From positions 768-64,767 of the forward strand of contig CAYIIU010000002.1 of assembly GCA_964363635.1 (NCBI GenBank): a stretch of DNA of 64,000 nt, read 5' to 3'. This document shows, piece by piece, positions 33,155 to 41,930 of the stretch. The number at the start of each line of letters is the position of its first letter. The stretch's first letter is position 1. Source of the stretch: an uncultured archaeon (lineage in GTDB: Archaea > Iainarchaeota > Iainarchaeia > Iainarchaeales > VGJJ01). The notes under the pieces are model-generated. The model was not told where the DNA came from. It searched no databases and saw only the letters and a list, made by a program, of their open reading frames with translations. Both the position numbers and the translations under genes were made by a program.

Positions 33155-35887
33155 TTACAATTTCATCAGCGCGGAATCGATTCCATCGGTGCTCAACAGC
33201 TTCGCCTGTCCAACCTTTTCCGAACCGCCGCCGCTGCCTTTGGCATACGCAAGAATATTCTGAATGGCCAGTTTGGCGTTGAAAGACGAGGCTGGGCCGC
33301 TCATTGCCACGACAAACTTTGCAACATCCGAAACCAATACCACAGAAAATGTGGAATTTTGATTAACTAATAGTTGGGCAAGTTTCATTGTGTCTTCCTG
33401 TGAATAAGCGACATGGGCAATAATCTTACTGCCTTTTGCATGGCTCTTCAATTCAATTGATTTGTTTTGCAGTTCAGCTTCCATGAACATTTCAACCTGC
33501 TTGCGCAAAAGCTTATTGCTTTCCATAACATTCTGCGCAGCCTTTTCCAAATCTTGTTCTGTCGTATTGAGGATTTGAGTCACGCGCGCCAGTTTTTCTT
33601 CGCGCTCCTGCACCCACTTCAGCGCGGGCTGTCCCGTGGTGTATGTGATGCGTTCGATTCCATCTTGAATGCTTTCCACTTTCATCACCTTGAAGAAACC
33701 AATCTCTTCGGTATTATTAATATGGGTGCCGCCGCAGGCCTGGATGTCCACTCCCTCGATTTGGACGAGGCGAAGTTCTTTTCCGGGGACGAAACCCCCT
33801 TGGTAGATGCGGAAGCCATACTTCTGCTCCGCCTCCGTTCGCGAAACCGTGAATTTGTGTACGGGAATCTTTTTGCGAACGTGCTCTTCGACTAATTCTT
33901 CTATTTTTTTGATTTCCTCATCGGTGATTTTCTTGTAGTGAGTAACATCCAAGTGCGCCTTGTCGGGACTCTTCTGCGCGCCCGCTTGCCAAATGTGGTT
34001 GCCCAACACGCGGCGGCACATGGCGTTCAACAAGTGCGTCGCGGTGTGGTTGTGCATCAAGTTTGCTCGGCGTTCACGGTCGATATGGCCTTTAATTTCT
34101 TGGCTGACACTAAATTGAGTAACATCCTCAACATAGTGTAATATCCATTTTTTGCTTTTTATTACATCGATTACTGGACTGTCATTAATGGTGCCAACAT
34201 CGTGGTCTTGGCCACCACCTGTTGGATAAAATAATGTTTTGTCAAGTATAACATAGCCATCCGTTGCATTTGCAAGTGGTTTAATTATTTTCAATACTTT
34301 GGCTACAAAATTATCTGTATATAATTGGTCATAATATAGTTGTTCTGATGCTGGAATATTTTCACTTTCTGCGAGAGCCCAAAAATCAGTTTTATTCTTT
34401 TCTTTTTTCTTTTCATTCTTCACACTCACCTGATCATAGAAATCAAACACTTCTTCGACTTGGATGCCGTTTTTCTTTCCTAAATCCACGGCCATCTCAT
34501 AGGGGATTCCGTGGGACTCGTACATCATGACTAATTCCTTCTTTTCGAGCGGTTTGTTTTCGCGCTTGAGCTTGTCAATAATAATACGCATCTTTTTTTG
34601 ACCAGTTTCTTGTAATGCATTAAACTTTTTTTGTTCTTCATGCATAACATCGATGGCGGTAGGCAATCCTTCGCTCAAAGAATCGTCAAATCCTTTCAAT
34701 TCATTTACATGATCTTGCAAAATTTTATCATAGCTCAAATTGAATGCAAATTCGGAATTAAATCCGAATACGCGGCGCAAAAGAAGGCGCAAATTGTATC
34801 CTCCGCCCCCATTGGAAGGGAGCTGTCCGTCTGTGCACGTGTATAGGATTGTTTTCAAGTGGTCTGCCATCGCGTAGAGGGCTTGCAGCGAGGCGATTCG
34901 GGTGAAGAGTTCTTTCTCGTCCATTCCTAATTGTTTGGCAATCTCCCCGCGTTTCTCTTTCACCCCTTTGTCTTCCATGTTTAGTGGGCCGGATATTTTT
35001 GCGTAGCGGAGAAAGAGATCATCGTCCAAGTGCACGCCCGTGCTGCGCTTCATGTTTACCATGACTTTTCCAAACGCCGAATCATAGCTCGTGGCTTTCC
35101 CATTCGTATACCACGCTAAACGTTCAAGACCCGCTCCCATGTCAATGACTTTTGTTTTCAGTTCGCGCACGCTTCCATCGTCTAACTCTTCGTATTGCAT
35201 GAAGACGCAGTTTCCCAACTCCGCACCATTGGCCGCATATTCGATGGATGGACCAAACGTTCCGCCGCCTGCCCACACTTCTTCTTGAAACGTCAAATCT
35301 TCGGGTTTGACACCGATGATTTGGGTGAGATATTGGTAATCATGTTCAAGCGCTTCATTTTTCCAATAAAATAATCCCGTTTTTTCCGTGTTGAACGCGT
35401 GCTGGCCGAACATGGTGAAGCTCGTGTGATGGCGGCCGGTGACTCCTACATTCGCGACATCGTTGAAGCGCAAACATGCTTGGGGGACAATGAGTGGATT
35501 GGCAGGGGGCTCTACTTCCCCCGTTACAACATATGGTTGAAAATCGATTATACTTGCGTTCGTGAAATACAAGTCATCTCTCCAGCGTGAAACGACAGGA
35601 AAGCGCTTGATTTCCGTATGCGTGATGGGGGCGTTTTTGGTGAAATATTCTGACACTTTTTTCCACGTTTCAACGTAAGAATAATCATTGGTTTTTTTTC
35701 CGATAAATTCGTAGCCCATACAATCGGAATCGGCGCACGTCGTCCGTTCAAGGTTGAGCGTCCAAAAGAATCGCTTGCATGCGGCGCACGGTTTTCGCAC
35801 GAATCCTTTTTGAGTAAGCGCGTCGATTTGGTAGTGCTTCTCCCACTCGCGCGTAAATTGGGTTCTTAACGCGGTTTTATCAGCCAT
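33155..35887 (-). CDS. alaS: Alanyl-tRNA synthetase (archaeal type)
   Basis: The archaeal N-terminus is GFVRKPCAACKRFFWT...CADSDC...RFPVVSRWRDDLYFTNASIIDFQPYV...PPANPL. An editing-domain HxxxH (HNHTATHLL) and CGGTH are present. Confidence 0.92.
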   Translation of the reverse strand: MADKTALRTQFTREWEKHYQIDALTQKGFVRKPCAACKRFFWTLNLERTTCADSDCMGYEFIGKKTNDYSYVETWKKVSEYFTKNAPITHTEIKRFPVVSRWRDDLYFTNASIIDFQPYVVTGEVEPPANPLIVPQACLRFNDVANVGVTGRHHTSFTMFGQHAFNTEKTGLFYWKNEALEHDYQYLTQIIGVKPEDLTFQEEVWAGGGTFGPSIEYAANGAELGNCVFMQYEELDDGSVRELKTKVIDMGAGLERLAWYTNGKATSYDSAFGKVMVNMKRSTGVHLDDDLFLRYAKISGPLNMEDKGVKEKRGEIAKQLGMDEKELFTRIASLQALYAMADHLKTILYTCTDGQLPSNGGGGYNLRLLLRRVFGFNSEFAFNLSYDKILQDHVNELKGFDDSLSEGLPTAIDVMHEEQKKFNALQETGQKKMRIIIDKLKRENKPLEKKELVMMYESHGIPYEMAVDLGKKNGIQVEEVFDFYDQVSVKNEKKKEKNKTDFWALAESENIPASEQLYYDQLYTDNFVAKVLKIIKPLANATDGYVILDKTLFYPTGGGQDHDVGTINDSPVIDVIKSKKWILHYVEDVTQFSVSQEIKGHIDRERRANLMHNHTATHLLNAMCRRVLGNHIWQAGAQKSPDKAHLDVTHYKKITDEEIKKIEELVEEHVRKKIPVHKFTVSRTEAEQKYGFRIYQGGFVPGKELRLVQIEGVDIQACGGTHINNTEEIGFFKVMKVESIQDGIERITYTTGQPALKWVQEREEKLARVTQILNTTEQDLEKAAQNVMESNKLLRKQVEMFMEAELQNKSIELKSHAKGSKIIAHVAYSQEDTMKLAQLLVNQNSTFSVVLVSDVAKFVVAMSGPASSFNAKLAIQNILAYAKGSGGGSEKVGQAKLLSTDGIDSALMKL

Positions 35888-35957
35888 ACGTGAAATCGTA
35901 GAGGGAAAGCCTATAAAAGAAGGACTTCTCGTTGAACGTCGAGGAGGCGATTATTGC

Positions 35958-36374
35958 ATGATGTTAGCTATATCGGTAAATTACGTTGCTGTGATTGTGG
36001 CAGCCATTGCCGCTTTTGCCGCCGGAATGATTTGGTATTCTCCCGCTGTGATGGGAAAGAAATACATGAAAGTCATGGGCAAAACGGAGAAAGACATGAA
36101 GAAAGAAATGAAAGGAATGCAGGGACCGATGATCAAGGGTCTCGTCATGAACCTCATCATGGCCTACGTTCTCGCCAACATTTTGGGAGTAACGGGCGCA
36201 TGGACGATCATGGATGGCGTTCAAGGAGCATTCTGGCTCTGGCTCGGATTCGTCGCGACCATATTGTACGGCGCGGTCATCTGGGAAAAGAAAACCATGG
36301 ATTGGTTCATCATCTCCGCAGGACACTATCTCGTGTCAATGCTCGTGATGGGAATCGTATTAGTCATCATGTAA
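35958..36374 (+). CDS. DUF1761-like membrane protein
   Basis: 138 aa with 4 TM helices. The N-terminus NYVAVIVAAIAAFAAGMIWYSPAVMGKKYM is typical of DUF1761. Confidence 0.65.
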   Translation: MMLAISVNYVAVIVAAIAAFAAGMIWYSPAVMGKKYMKVMGKTEKDMKKEMKGMQGPMIKGLVMNLIMAYVLANILGVTGAWTIMDGVQGAFWLWLGFVATILYGAVIWEKKTMDWFIISAGHYLVSMLVMGIVLVIM

Positions 36375-36494
36375 GGGCCTTTTTAGAAAAAGATCCAAAA
36401 AAATTAAGTACAAAACGCGGCTGGGAACAGCCCGTTTCTTTTTTTTATGTGTTTTTGTATCAATTCTTTTAAGAGGCGTGTGCGTTATTCGAGC

Positions 36495-37310
36495 ATGCCC
36501 ACGCTCAATGTTAAAAAAACGCGCAAACAAGCCGTGCGTTCACTGGCCTACCGTTTGCGTGGAAAAGACCCAGTCGCATTTCGGAGAGGACGACTATTTG
36601 AGGGTGAACCCAAGCCTATTCGGCGTTGGTTCCGCCGGCAGAAACGAACAATCCCCATTCGTGTTCGAATGGCCATCAATGAACGGATTTGGAAACAACC
36701 CACTCCATGGATGTGGAATCCAACTCTCCGACGCGAGCCCAAAATGGTGCGTGTGGTCCGAAAGAATATTGAAAACGAAGCAGCTAAAAAATATTTACTG
36801 GATTCGAGCTTTTTGCTGTCGCAATCAGTCTATACTAAATTATTGAATGAACTTCATGTTGTCAGCGCACGAGTCTCTCGCATGTCGAACGAATACATCA
36901 AAAACGGAATGCTTGATATGGATACACTCCCACTCAAATGGAGGAAACTTCATATTCGATTGGAAATATTGGATGGTAAAATCGACCAAATCATCACAAA
37001 CGCGATGAGTATATATTTAGGAGTACGTGAAAATATTGCTCGGGCGCGTGCGATTGAGTGGACACTCAACCGAATGGGTTACCCCGTTTCGCAGCAGTAT
37101 TTAATTGTGCAAAAATTATTTTCTTTTGCAAATCGGGCCGGTCGAGAAGAGGTGGGAAATGCTCAATTTCAGGAATGCGTGAGAGCTGCATTCAAAAACG
37201 CCAAACAGGCGAAACTTTTTCTGAAATATTATCCTGAAGTTCGTCAGCAATTACAACTGAAAGAACGACCAGAGTCCATTGTGATTGATTTGCTCGAAAA
37301 TAATGCTTGA
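36495..37310 (+). CDS. Hypothetical basic protein (start trimmed to ATG 36495)
   Basis: The ORF begins MPTLNVKKTRKQAV... and is Arg/Lys-rich. No motif was recognised. Confidence 0.5.
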   Translation: MPTLNVKKTRKQAVRSLAYRLRGKDPVAFRRGRLFEGEPKPIRRWFRRQKRTIPIRVRMAINERIWKQPTPWMWNPTLRREPKMVRVVRKNIENEAAKKYLLDSSFLLSQSVYTKLLNELHVVSARVSRMSNEYIKNGMLDMDTLPLKWRKLHIRLEILDGKIDQIITNAMSIYLGVRENIARARAIEWTLNRMGYPVSQQYLIVQKLFSFANRAGREEVGNAQFQECVRAAFKNAKQAKLFLKYYPEVRQQLQLKERPESIVIDLLENNA

Positions 37311-37320
37311 GAAAAAGGGC

Positions 37321-37339
37321 ATGCAGGAGGGCGGATTCA
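37321..37339 (-). repeat. Partial duplicate of the tRNA-Leu 3' end
   Basis: The plus strand ATGCAGGAGGGCGGATT (37321-37337) is identical to 37441-37457, the antisense of the tRNA-Leu T stem and acceptor 3' strand. Confidence 0.8.
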
Positions 37340-37441
37340 ATACCAAATTTTTGCAAAAAATTTGATTAAAAGCCTACATGAGGGTTTGCCGTTGCAAACC
37401 CTCTATAGTAGTCTGTCGGCGCCGCCGGACGAAAACGGCGA

Positions 37442-37525
37442 TGCAGGAGGGCGGATTTGAACCGCCGAAGACACTAAGTCACTGGAACCTCAATCCAGCC
37501 CGGTAGACCGCTGCGGCACTCCTGC
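37442..37525 (-). tRNA. tRNA-Leu (anticodon GAG), class II, CCA not encoded
   Basis: On the minus strand: acceptor GCAGGAG/CTCCTGC, D stem CCG/CGG, anticodon stem CTGGA/TCCAG with loop TTGAGGT, a long variable arm, T arm GGCGG-TTCAAAT-CCGCC, and discriminator A. Confidence 0.9.
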
Positions 37526-37723
37526 AAACTTTTTAAGAAAAAGTTTGATCAAAAAACCCTTGGGGGAACTCTGACTCTTTCTCTTATAGGCTAATTTCGG
37601 CTGGAATTGACATATAAATAAATCGTCTTTTTCGGGTTTTGATCAAACTTCCAAGTAAAACGAAAGGTTTTACGGGCCACGCAGAACAAGGTTCTGCTAG
37701 GTTCTCAAAAGTTTGAGCTGGAA

Positions 37724-38236
37724 ATGGCATATAAAGAAATAGGCTCCCATCAGGGTATGACTCCTTTGCGTGTAGCCGTTGTGCGACAGACGAGAAATGC
37801 TTGCGCCCCTGCCACGATGCGAATGGCCTTGGCACGGTATCGGGTGCACGTTCCGGAGCGTGAACTCAAGCGGGGGATGCGCTGGAATAGGCGAGACGGA
37901 GTATGGGACTCTAAACAGATGCTCAATGCCCTTCCTCCCGGAATGGCAGGGTGGAAGATGGACCCTTCTTCTCTCCATGACATTGCTGCCCAACTGCGCT
38001 TGCACCGTTCAGTTATGGTGAATTGGATGAAAGGACGACTTGGGCATCTTTCTCTCGTCGTGCATCTCGACCGACAAAATATTTATCTCGCTGATCCGGA
38101 AGAGAGGAAAATTGTTGGGATGCAGCGAGGGGAGTTTGTGCAGCGCTGGATGGGCGTGCGAGGAAATGTTATTCGTTCCCCGAAAGATATTGTTCGACGG
38201 CGAATGTTGGTGGTATATCCCATTCCTAAAAAATAA
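37724..38236 (+). CDS. Papain-like (C39-like) cysteine peptidase domain protein
   Basis: VRQTRNACAPATMRMAL looks like a catalytic Cys context, and a downstream GHLSLVVHLD supplies a His. The assignment is tentative. Confidence 0.5.
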   Translation: MAYKEIGSHQGMTPLRVAVVRQTRNACAPATMRMALARYRVHVPERELKRGMRWNRRDGVWDSKQMLNALPPGMAGWKMDPSSLHDIAAQLRLHRSVMVNWMKGRLGHLSLVVHLDRQNIYLADPEERKIVGMQRGEFVQRWMGVRGNVIRSPKDIVRRRMLVVYPIPKK

Positions 38237-38237
38237 T

Positions 38238-39086
38238 TCATTTTTTTGTTTTGAGTTGAAAGTACCCGTCTTTGAACACATATCCCGGCATGGGAGTTTG
38301 GCGGATGTGCAAGCCTATTTTTTGCAGGTCTTTAATGTTTTTTTCCAAGCGAAGATACGTTGCATACGAGGCATTTTGGAGGCTCATTTGGTGGGTGCGG
38401 TAGAGGCTTTTCATTACTTGGTCGTATTTTTTTCTTTCGTCGGATGGAAATATTCTTTCGCGCAATATTCGGTCGAGTTTTTTTCCAATCAAGAGGGTGT
38501 AGTATCCCTGGACTTCTCCTTTCGGGGAAATAACAGCAATGTGGGAAAATTTTAATTTAGGAGAAGATTTTTTTCGGGCGTATTTCCTTAGCAGGTTAAA
38601 AATGTCAAGCGCTGATGGACTGGTTGATATCTTTATCTCGATGGGGTCATTAGCATTCCAGATGGGGTGGGTGTGCAGCATAGACCGGGTTTCACTATCC
38701 GGGGATAATCCATCGTAAAAATCAAATGACCGTGTAAGGGTCGCCGGGCGTATTTCGCCGGGTGTTTTTTTATGGAAACCAATTTCTTGGCTGTGAATAA
38801 ATGGAATTCCTTCCAGCGCTTTTTTGACTGAACGCCCGGACCGCAAGGAAGTAATTAAGGGCGGTTCCGCGCGAACCCTTCGCATCTTATCCAGAACGAC
38901 AATCTGCTCTTCCGTTAGCGGCGCGGTGCGGCAACCGATAATACTTCCTGCAATAACTGCACTCGTTCCGAATACGAATGCGCGGCGAGAGAGATTGGGC
39001 CACTGTTTGAAATGGCCGCGTTTCTCTTCGCTGCGGCGAGACCATCGCTCTTTGATGCGGTGAAAAGTATTCCATTTCATCTTCAA
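38238..39086 (-). CDS. Hypothetical exported protein (Tat-like signal)
   Basis: SRRAFVFGTSAVIAGSIIGC resembles a twin-arginine lipobox-type signal. No other motif was seen. Confidence 0.5.
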   Translation of the reverse strand: MKMKWNTFHRIKERWSRRSEEKRGHFKQWPNLSRRAFVFGTSAVIAGSIIGCRTAPLTEEQIVVLDKMRRVRAEPPLITSLRSGRSVKKALEGIPFIHSQEIGFHKKTPGEIRPATLTRSFDFYDGLSPDSETRSMLHTHPIWNANDPIEIKISTSPSALDIFNLLRKYARKKSSPKLKFSHIAVISPKGEVQGYYTLLIGKKLDRILRERIFPSDERKKYDQVMKSLYRTHQMSLQNASYATYLRLEKNIKDLQKIGLHIRQTPMPGYVFKDGYFQLKTKK

Positions 39087-39314
39087 AAATAGTTTTCATG
39101 GATTAAAGAAGTGTATGTTAAACTTTTCGAACCAAGCAAACTAAACTTTTTAGAAAAAGTTTAATCAAAAAATACCATCGGTTTGCTGGCATGACAAACT
39201 TTTGGGTTTACCATGAAGTTTGATCAACGGCCTTTTGAAAAAAGGCCGGCGAAAAACTAGGGGTTATCGTTCGCAACGATAACCCGTTTTCCGAACACCC
39301 ATATGGAATTTGGG

Positions 39315-39582
39315 CGTGTACGTCGCCGGCCGTAAGCGGCCTTCTGTTTTATCCACATTCGCCTGAGCGTCTACTGAGAGACTTGCACGCTCCCGGCGGA
39401 AGCCCGTTTCAATGCCCTGCACGCAACGTCCGTTCTTCACTTCATCCTGCGCGTGCACGCAGACCGTTTCTGTGCTTCCGCAGCCGTTTCCACGGCGTCG
39501 GGATTTTTACTGCGTGGGCCGACTTTCCTCAGCGCGGGGAATTGCACCCCGTACCGTCAGTGGACCACCGGCGACGTACAAA
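39315..39582 (-). ncRNA. rnpB: RNase P RNA (compact, type-A-like)
   Basis: On the minus strand, the P1 helix pairs GTACGTCGCCGG (5') with CCGGCGACGTAC (3'). CR-I is GAGGAAAGTCGGCC, CR-II/III-like is AGCACAGAAACGG, and CR-IV/V is AAAACAGAAGGCCGCTTACGG. A TATA-like TTAATAAA lies about 25-30 nt upstream. The ends are accurate to within a few nt. Confidence 0.8.
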
Positions 39583-39631
39583 AGGAAAGGGGATGGCCGG
39601 CCTTTATTAAGGGCAGGGAATTTTCTCGTTC

Positions 39632-40003
39632 ATGGGACTCTCTGAATGGTTAGGAAGGCGCGTCAAGAGCTGGACGACCAAACCATTTTCGGAAGGAATG
39701 CCGGCTGCGACTCCAGCAAGCAAGGATGCTAAACCAAAAACGGCAGATGAAAAACTACCTTCCATTTCATCCACTTCCGTTCCATCTAATTCAACTCCCT
39801 CATCGAGTGAAAATTCCCCGGCGGCCGCTCAACCTGCTGTCTCGAATGGTACTCCCGAAGAAATCGCCGAGAAAATAATGATTCTCATCCCGTACATCAA
39901 ACAGTATCGTTCGCAAGGAATGTTAGATGAGGAAATTGTGGCGTTTTTAATCGAACATTCGTGGCCGGAATACATTGTGAAGCGCGCGATAAAGAATGCC
40001 TAG
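39632..40003 (+). CDS. Hypothetical protein with a low-complexity Ser/Pro-rich linker and a small C-terminal helical domain
   Basis: 123-aa ORF. The C-terminus reads EEIAEKIMILIPYIKQYRSQGMLDEEIVAFLIEHSWPEYIVKRAIKNA. Confidence 0.45.
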   Translation: MGLSEWLGRRVKSWTTKPFSEGMPAATPASKDAKPKTADEKLPSISSTSVPSNSTPSSSENSPAAAQPAVSNGTPEEIAEKIMILIPYIKQYRSQGMLDEEIVAFLIEHSWPEYIVKRAIKNA

Positions 40004-40041
40004 TTTAAACAAATTCATTTCTTATTCTTCTTTCAGTACTG

Positions 40042-40740
40042 TTATTTTCCAAATCGCCTTTCGCGTGCATCAAATTCTTTCACGGCGACATTCAAGTCTT
40101 CGCGGGAGAATTCGGGCCAGAATTTGTTGGTGAAGTACAATTCGGAATAAACGCTCTGATACGTCAAGAATCCCGATAAGCGCTGGGTTTTTCCCGTGCG
40201 CACAATCATGTCGGGGTCCGAGAAATTGGAATACAAATAATTCTTGAATGAATTTTCATCAATTGAATTCACATTAATCTTTTTGTCTGCCACATCCTGC
40301 GCCAGCTTTTTGGCGGCATCCACAATCTCGGTGCGGCCGTTGTATCCTATGGCGACGTTAATGACGCGTTTGGCGTAATCCTGGCTTTTCTCTTGGATGA
40401 GATTCATTTTTTGGCGCAAATGAAGAGGAAATTTTTCGAGTCTTCCCAAAAACTTGATGGCAAACTCACTTGATTTGTACACTTCGTCTTTCAAAATCTT
40501 ATCAGCTTCCTCTTCGAAAATAGAAAACAAGATGCTCATTTCCGTGCTTGAACGGGTGATGTTTTCCAAGGAGAGCGTGTAGAATGATGCGACTTTGATC
40601 GAAGGGTATTCGCCCAGCCACTGCATGACATCCCAAGAGCGCTGCGTACCCAATTTGTATGCTTCCGCAATGTTCATGTTCGCTTGAGCGGCAAAACGTC
40701 TGTTTCCGTCGGGAATGAATGCGATAGAGGAGAGGGTCAT
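40042..40740 (-). CDS. uppS: cis-Prenyltransferase (undecaprenyl diphosphate synthase family)
   Basis: IAFIPDGNRRFA near the N-terminus, ...IGYNGRTEIVDA..., and RTGKTQRLSGFL with ELYFTNKFWPEF. Confidence 0.9.
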   Translation of the reverse strand: MTLSSIAFIPDGNRRFAAQANMNIAEAYKLGTQRSWDVMQWLGEYPSIKVASFYTLSLENITRSSTEMSILFSIFEEEADKILKDEVYKSSEFAIKFLGRLEKFPLHLRQKMNLIQEKSQDYAKRVINVAIGYNGRTEIVDAAKKLAQDVADKKINVNSIDENSFKNYLYSNFSDPDMIVRTGKTQRLSGFLTYQSVYSELYFTNKFWPEFSREDLNVAVKEFDARERRFGK

Positions 40741-40813
40741 GGTTTCACGTCAGGGGCCGGAGACAAGTGTAGATGAGGTAAGATACTTCCGTTAATATTT
40801 AAAGGCCCATCCC

Positions 40814-41203
40814 GTGAACAAGGTACAACCCTCTGATGGTGCCCCTATGCCCGTAATCGATGAATTGGACTCTCCCGACGCGGGAAAGTGGCTTTCGCCC
40901 GAAGACAAGGCCAAGCTCATTCGAGAGTTGAAAGAACGTTTGAAAGAAATTGAGCGACTCAAACGTGAATTGGGAATGGCCGTGCAGGCGACGCAGGAAA
41001 ATTCTTCCGCCAATTCTTCACCATCAACATCTTCTTCACCGCCCTCAACTGATGATTCTTCGCCTGCGATGGAAGATGATTCATCCCACCCCGTTTCTGC
41101 CGGAAGAGTGGCGGAGGAAGTGGAAGAACTGCACGTTCCCGCGCTGGAAATTCTGGAAGACAAACCTTTTCAAAAGAAAAAGAAAGCGGGAAATGTCACA
41201 TGA
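40814..41203 (+). CDS. Hypothetical acidic, Ser-rich protein
   Basis: 129-aa ORF with a coiled-coil-like KAKLIRELKERLKEIERLKREL and a 4-nt overlap with the next gene. An antisense ORF of similar length exists, so the strand call is tentative. Confidence 0.4.
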   Translation: MNKVQPSDGAPMPVIDELDSPDAGKWLSPEDKAKLIRELKERLKEIERLKRELGMAVQATQENSSANSSPSTSSSPPSTDDSSPAMEDDSSHPVSAGRVAEEVEELHVPALEILEDKPFQKKKKAGNVT

Positions 41204-41592
41204 TTATGAACGAAAAAGCGGGAAAAATGAGGAAAATTATTTCCATCATGGAAAAAAATAAAACGATTCGTTTGCTGCACGTCAAACACGCACGAACATT
41301 TGGGGAACGATTCAAAGGACTTTTAGGTGTGTCGCCGCGCGAGCATGACTATGCGTTAGTGTTTCACATGGCTGAAGAAAGCGCCCTCGGCGCGAGCATT
41401 CACATGCTTTTCATGCAGATGCCCATTGACGTGCTTTGGCTCAATGAAAAAAAAGAAGTGGTTGATTTTGCCGCTCTGAAACCTTGGACATTCAATTACA
41501 CGCCCGCAAAACCCGCGAAATATGTGGTGGAACTTCCCGCACGCACGTTGAATTGGAAAATAAAGATTGGAATGAAATTAACGTGGGCTTGA
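41200..41592 (+). CDS. DUF192-domain protein
   Basis: RLLHVKHARTFGERFKGLLG...MQMPIDVLWLNEKKEVVDF...YVVELPA matches the DUF192 pattern. Confidence 0.7.
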   Translation: MIMNEKAGKMRKIISIMEKNKTIRLLHVKHARTFGERFKGLLGVSPREHDYALVFHMAEESALGASIHMLFMQMPIDVLWLNEKKEVVDFAALKPWTFNYTPAKPAKYVVELPARTLNWKIKIGMKLTWA

Positions 41593-41604
41593 CGGCAATT
41601 TGTT

Positions 41605-41663
41605 CTTTCTTTTTTGAGTGGGAGGGCCGCGTTTCGCGGGCCAACCCATTTGCCTTTTTTTTC
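41605..41663 (+). terminator. Putative terminator: T-runs flanking a hairpin
   Basis: CTTTCTTTTTT (41605-41615), then the hairpin GGGCCGCG-TTTC-GCGGGCC (41624-41642), then a T8 run (41655-41662). Confidence 0.4.
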
Positions 41664-41930
41664 GATAGTTACCCGAAACAAATGAGGGGTGAGACGGAGA
41701 ACCATATTGAACGGAGCGCGCGTCTAGTTAATCGTGCGTCCGACGGTTTTGAACCTTGAATGGAAAAATTTCTAGGAAACCAAATAATTACTACATAAGG
41801 CGGTTTTCTCTATTCTTTAAACCCTTCCGGGGGCGTTCGACGTATGGCTTCTACGTTGGCAGGGCAATCCCTTTCTCCGCTGGGGTGGGGGGTTCTACGC
41901 ACTCAAACGCTGTTCGAGGGGTGCTGGCCT

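Noticed and set aside
33033-33263. ORFs translated through MITE copies (33033..33263, 14324..14593, and the tail of 14299..14565).
   Set aside because: The same nucleotide repeat occurs in three unrelated contexts. In dinD it demonstrably interrupts a reading frame, so the translations are incidental.
35954-36472. A 172-aa ORF in an alternative frame, and the antisense ORF 35964..36326, overlapping the DUF1761 gene.
   Set aside because: Frame 35958..36374 gives a clean 4-TM protein with a DUF1761-like N-terminus. The alternatives are Arg/His-rich low-complexity sequence.
37321-37342. Split or trans-spliced tRNA halves (Nanoarchaeum-style) as an explanation for the promoter-like module followed by a tRNA 3' fragment, and for the tRNA-Ser 5' fragment.
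   Set aside because: The fragments are only 15-22 nt, cover no anticodon arm, and have no complementary leader or trailer to pair two halves. Complete cloverleaf genes for the same tRNAs sit next to them. Duplication by insertion or recombination is more parsimonious.
39264-39653. Five short ORFs over 39.26-39.65 kb.
   Set aside because: The region is better explained by the minus-strand RNase P RNA (P1 pairing and CR-I/IV/V motifs).
40792-41163. A 123-aa minus-strand ORF opposite 40814..41203.
   Set aside because: Both frames are low-complexity. I preferred the plus frame because its stop overlaps the DUF192 start (ATGA coupling) and it has a coiled-coil segment. Confidence is low either way.
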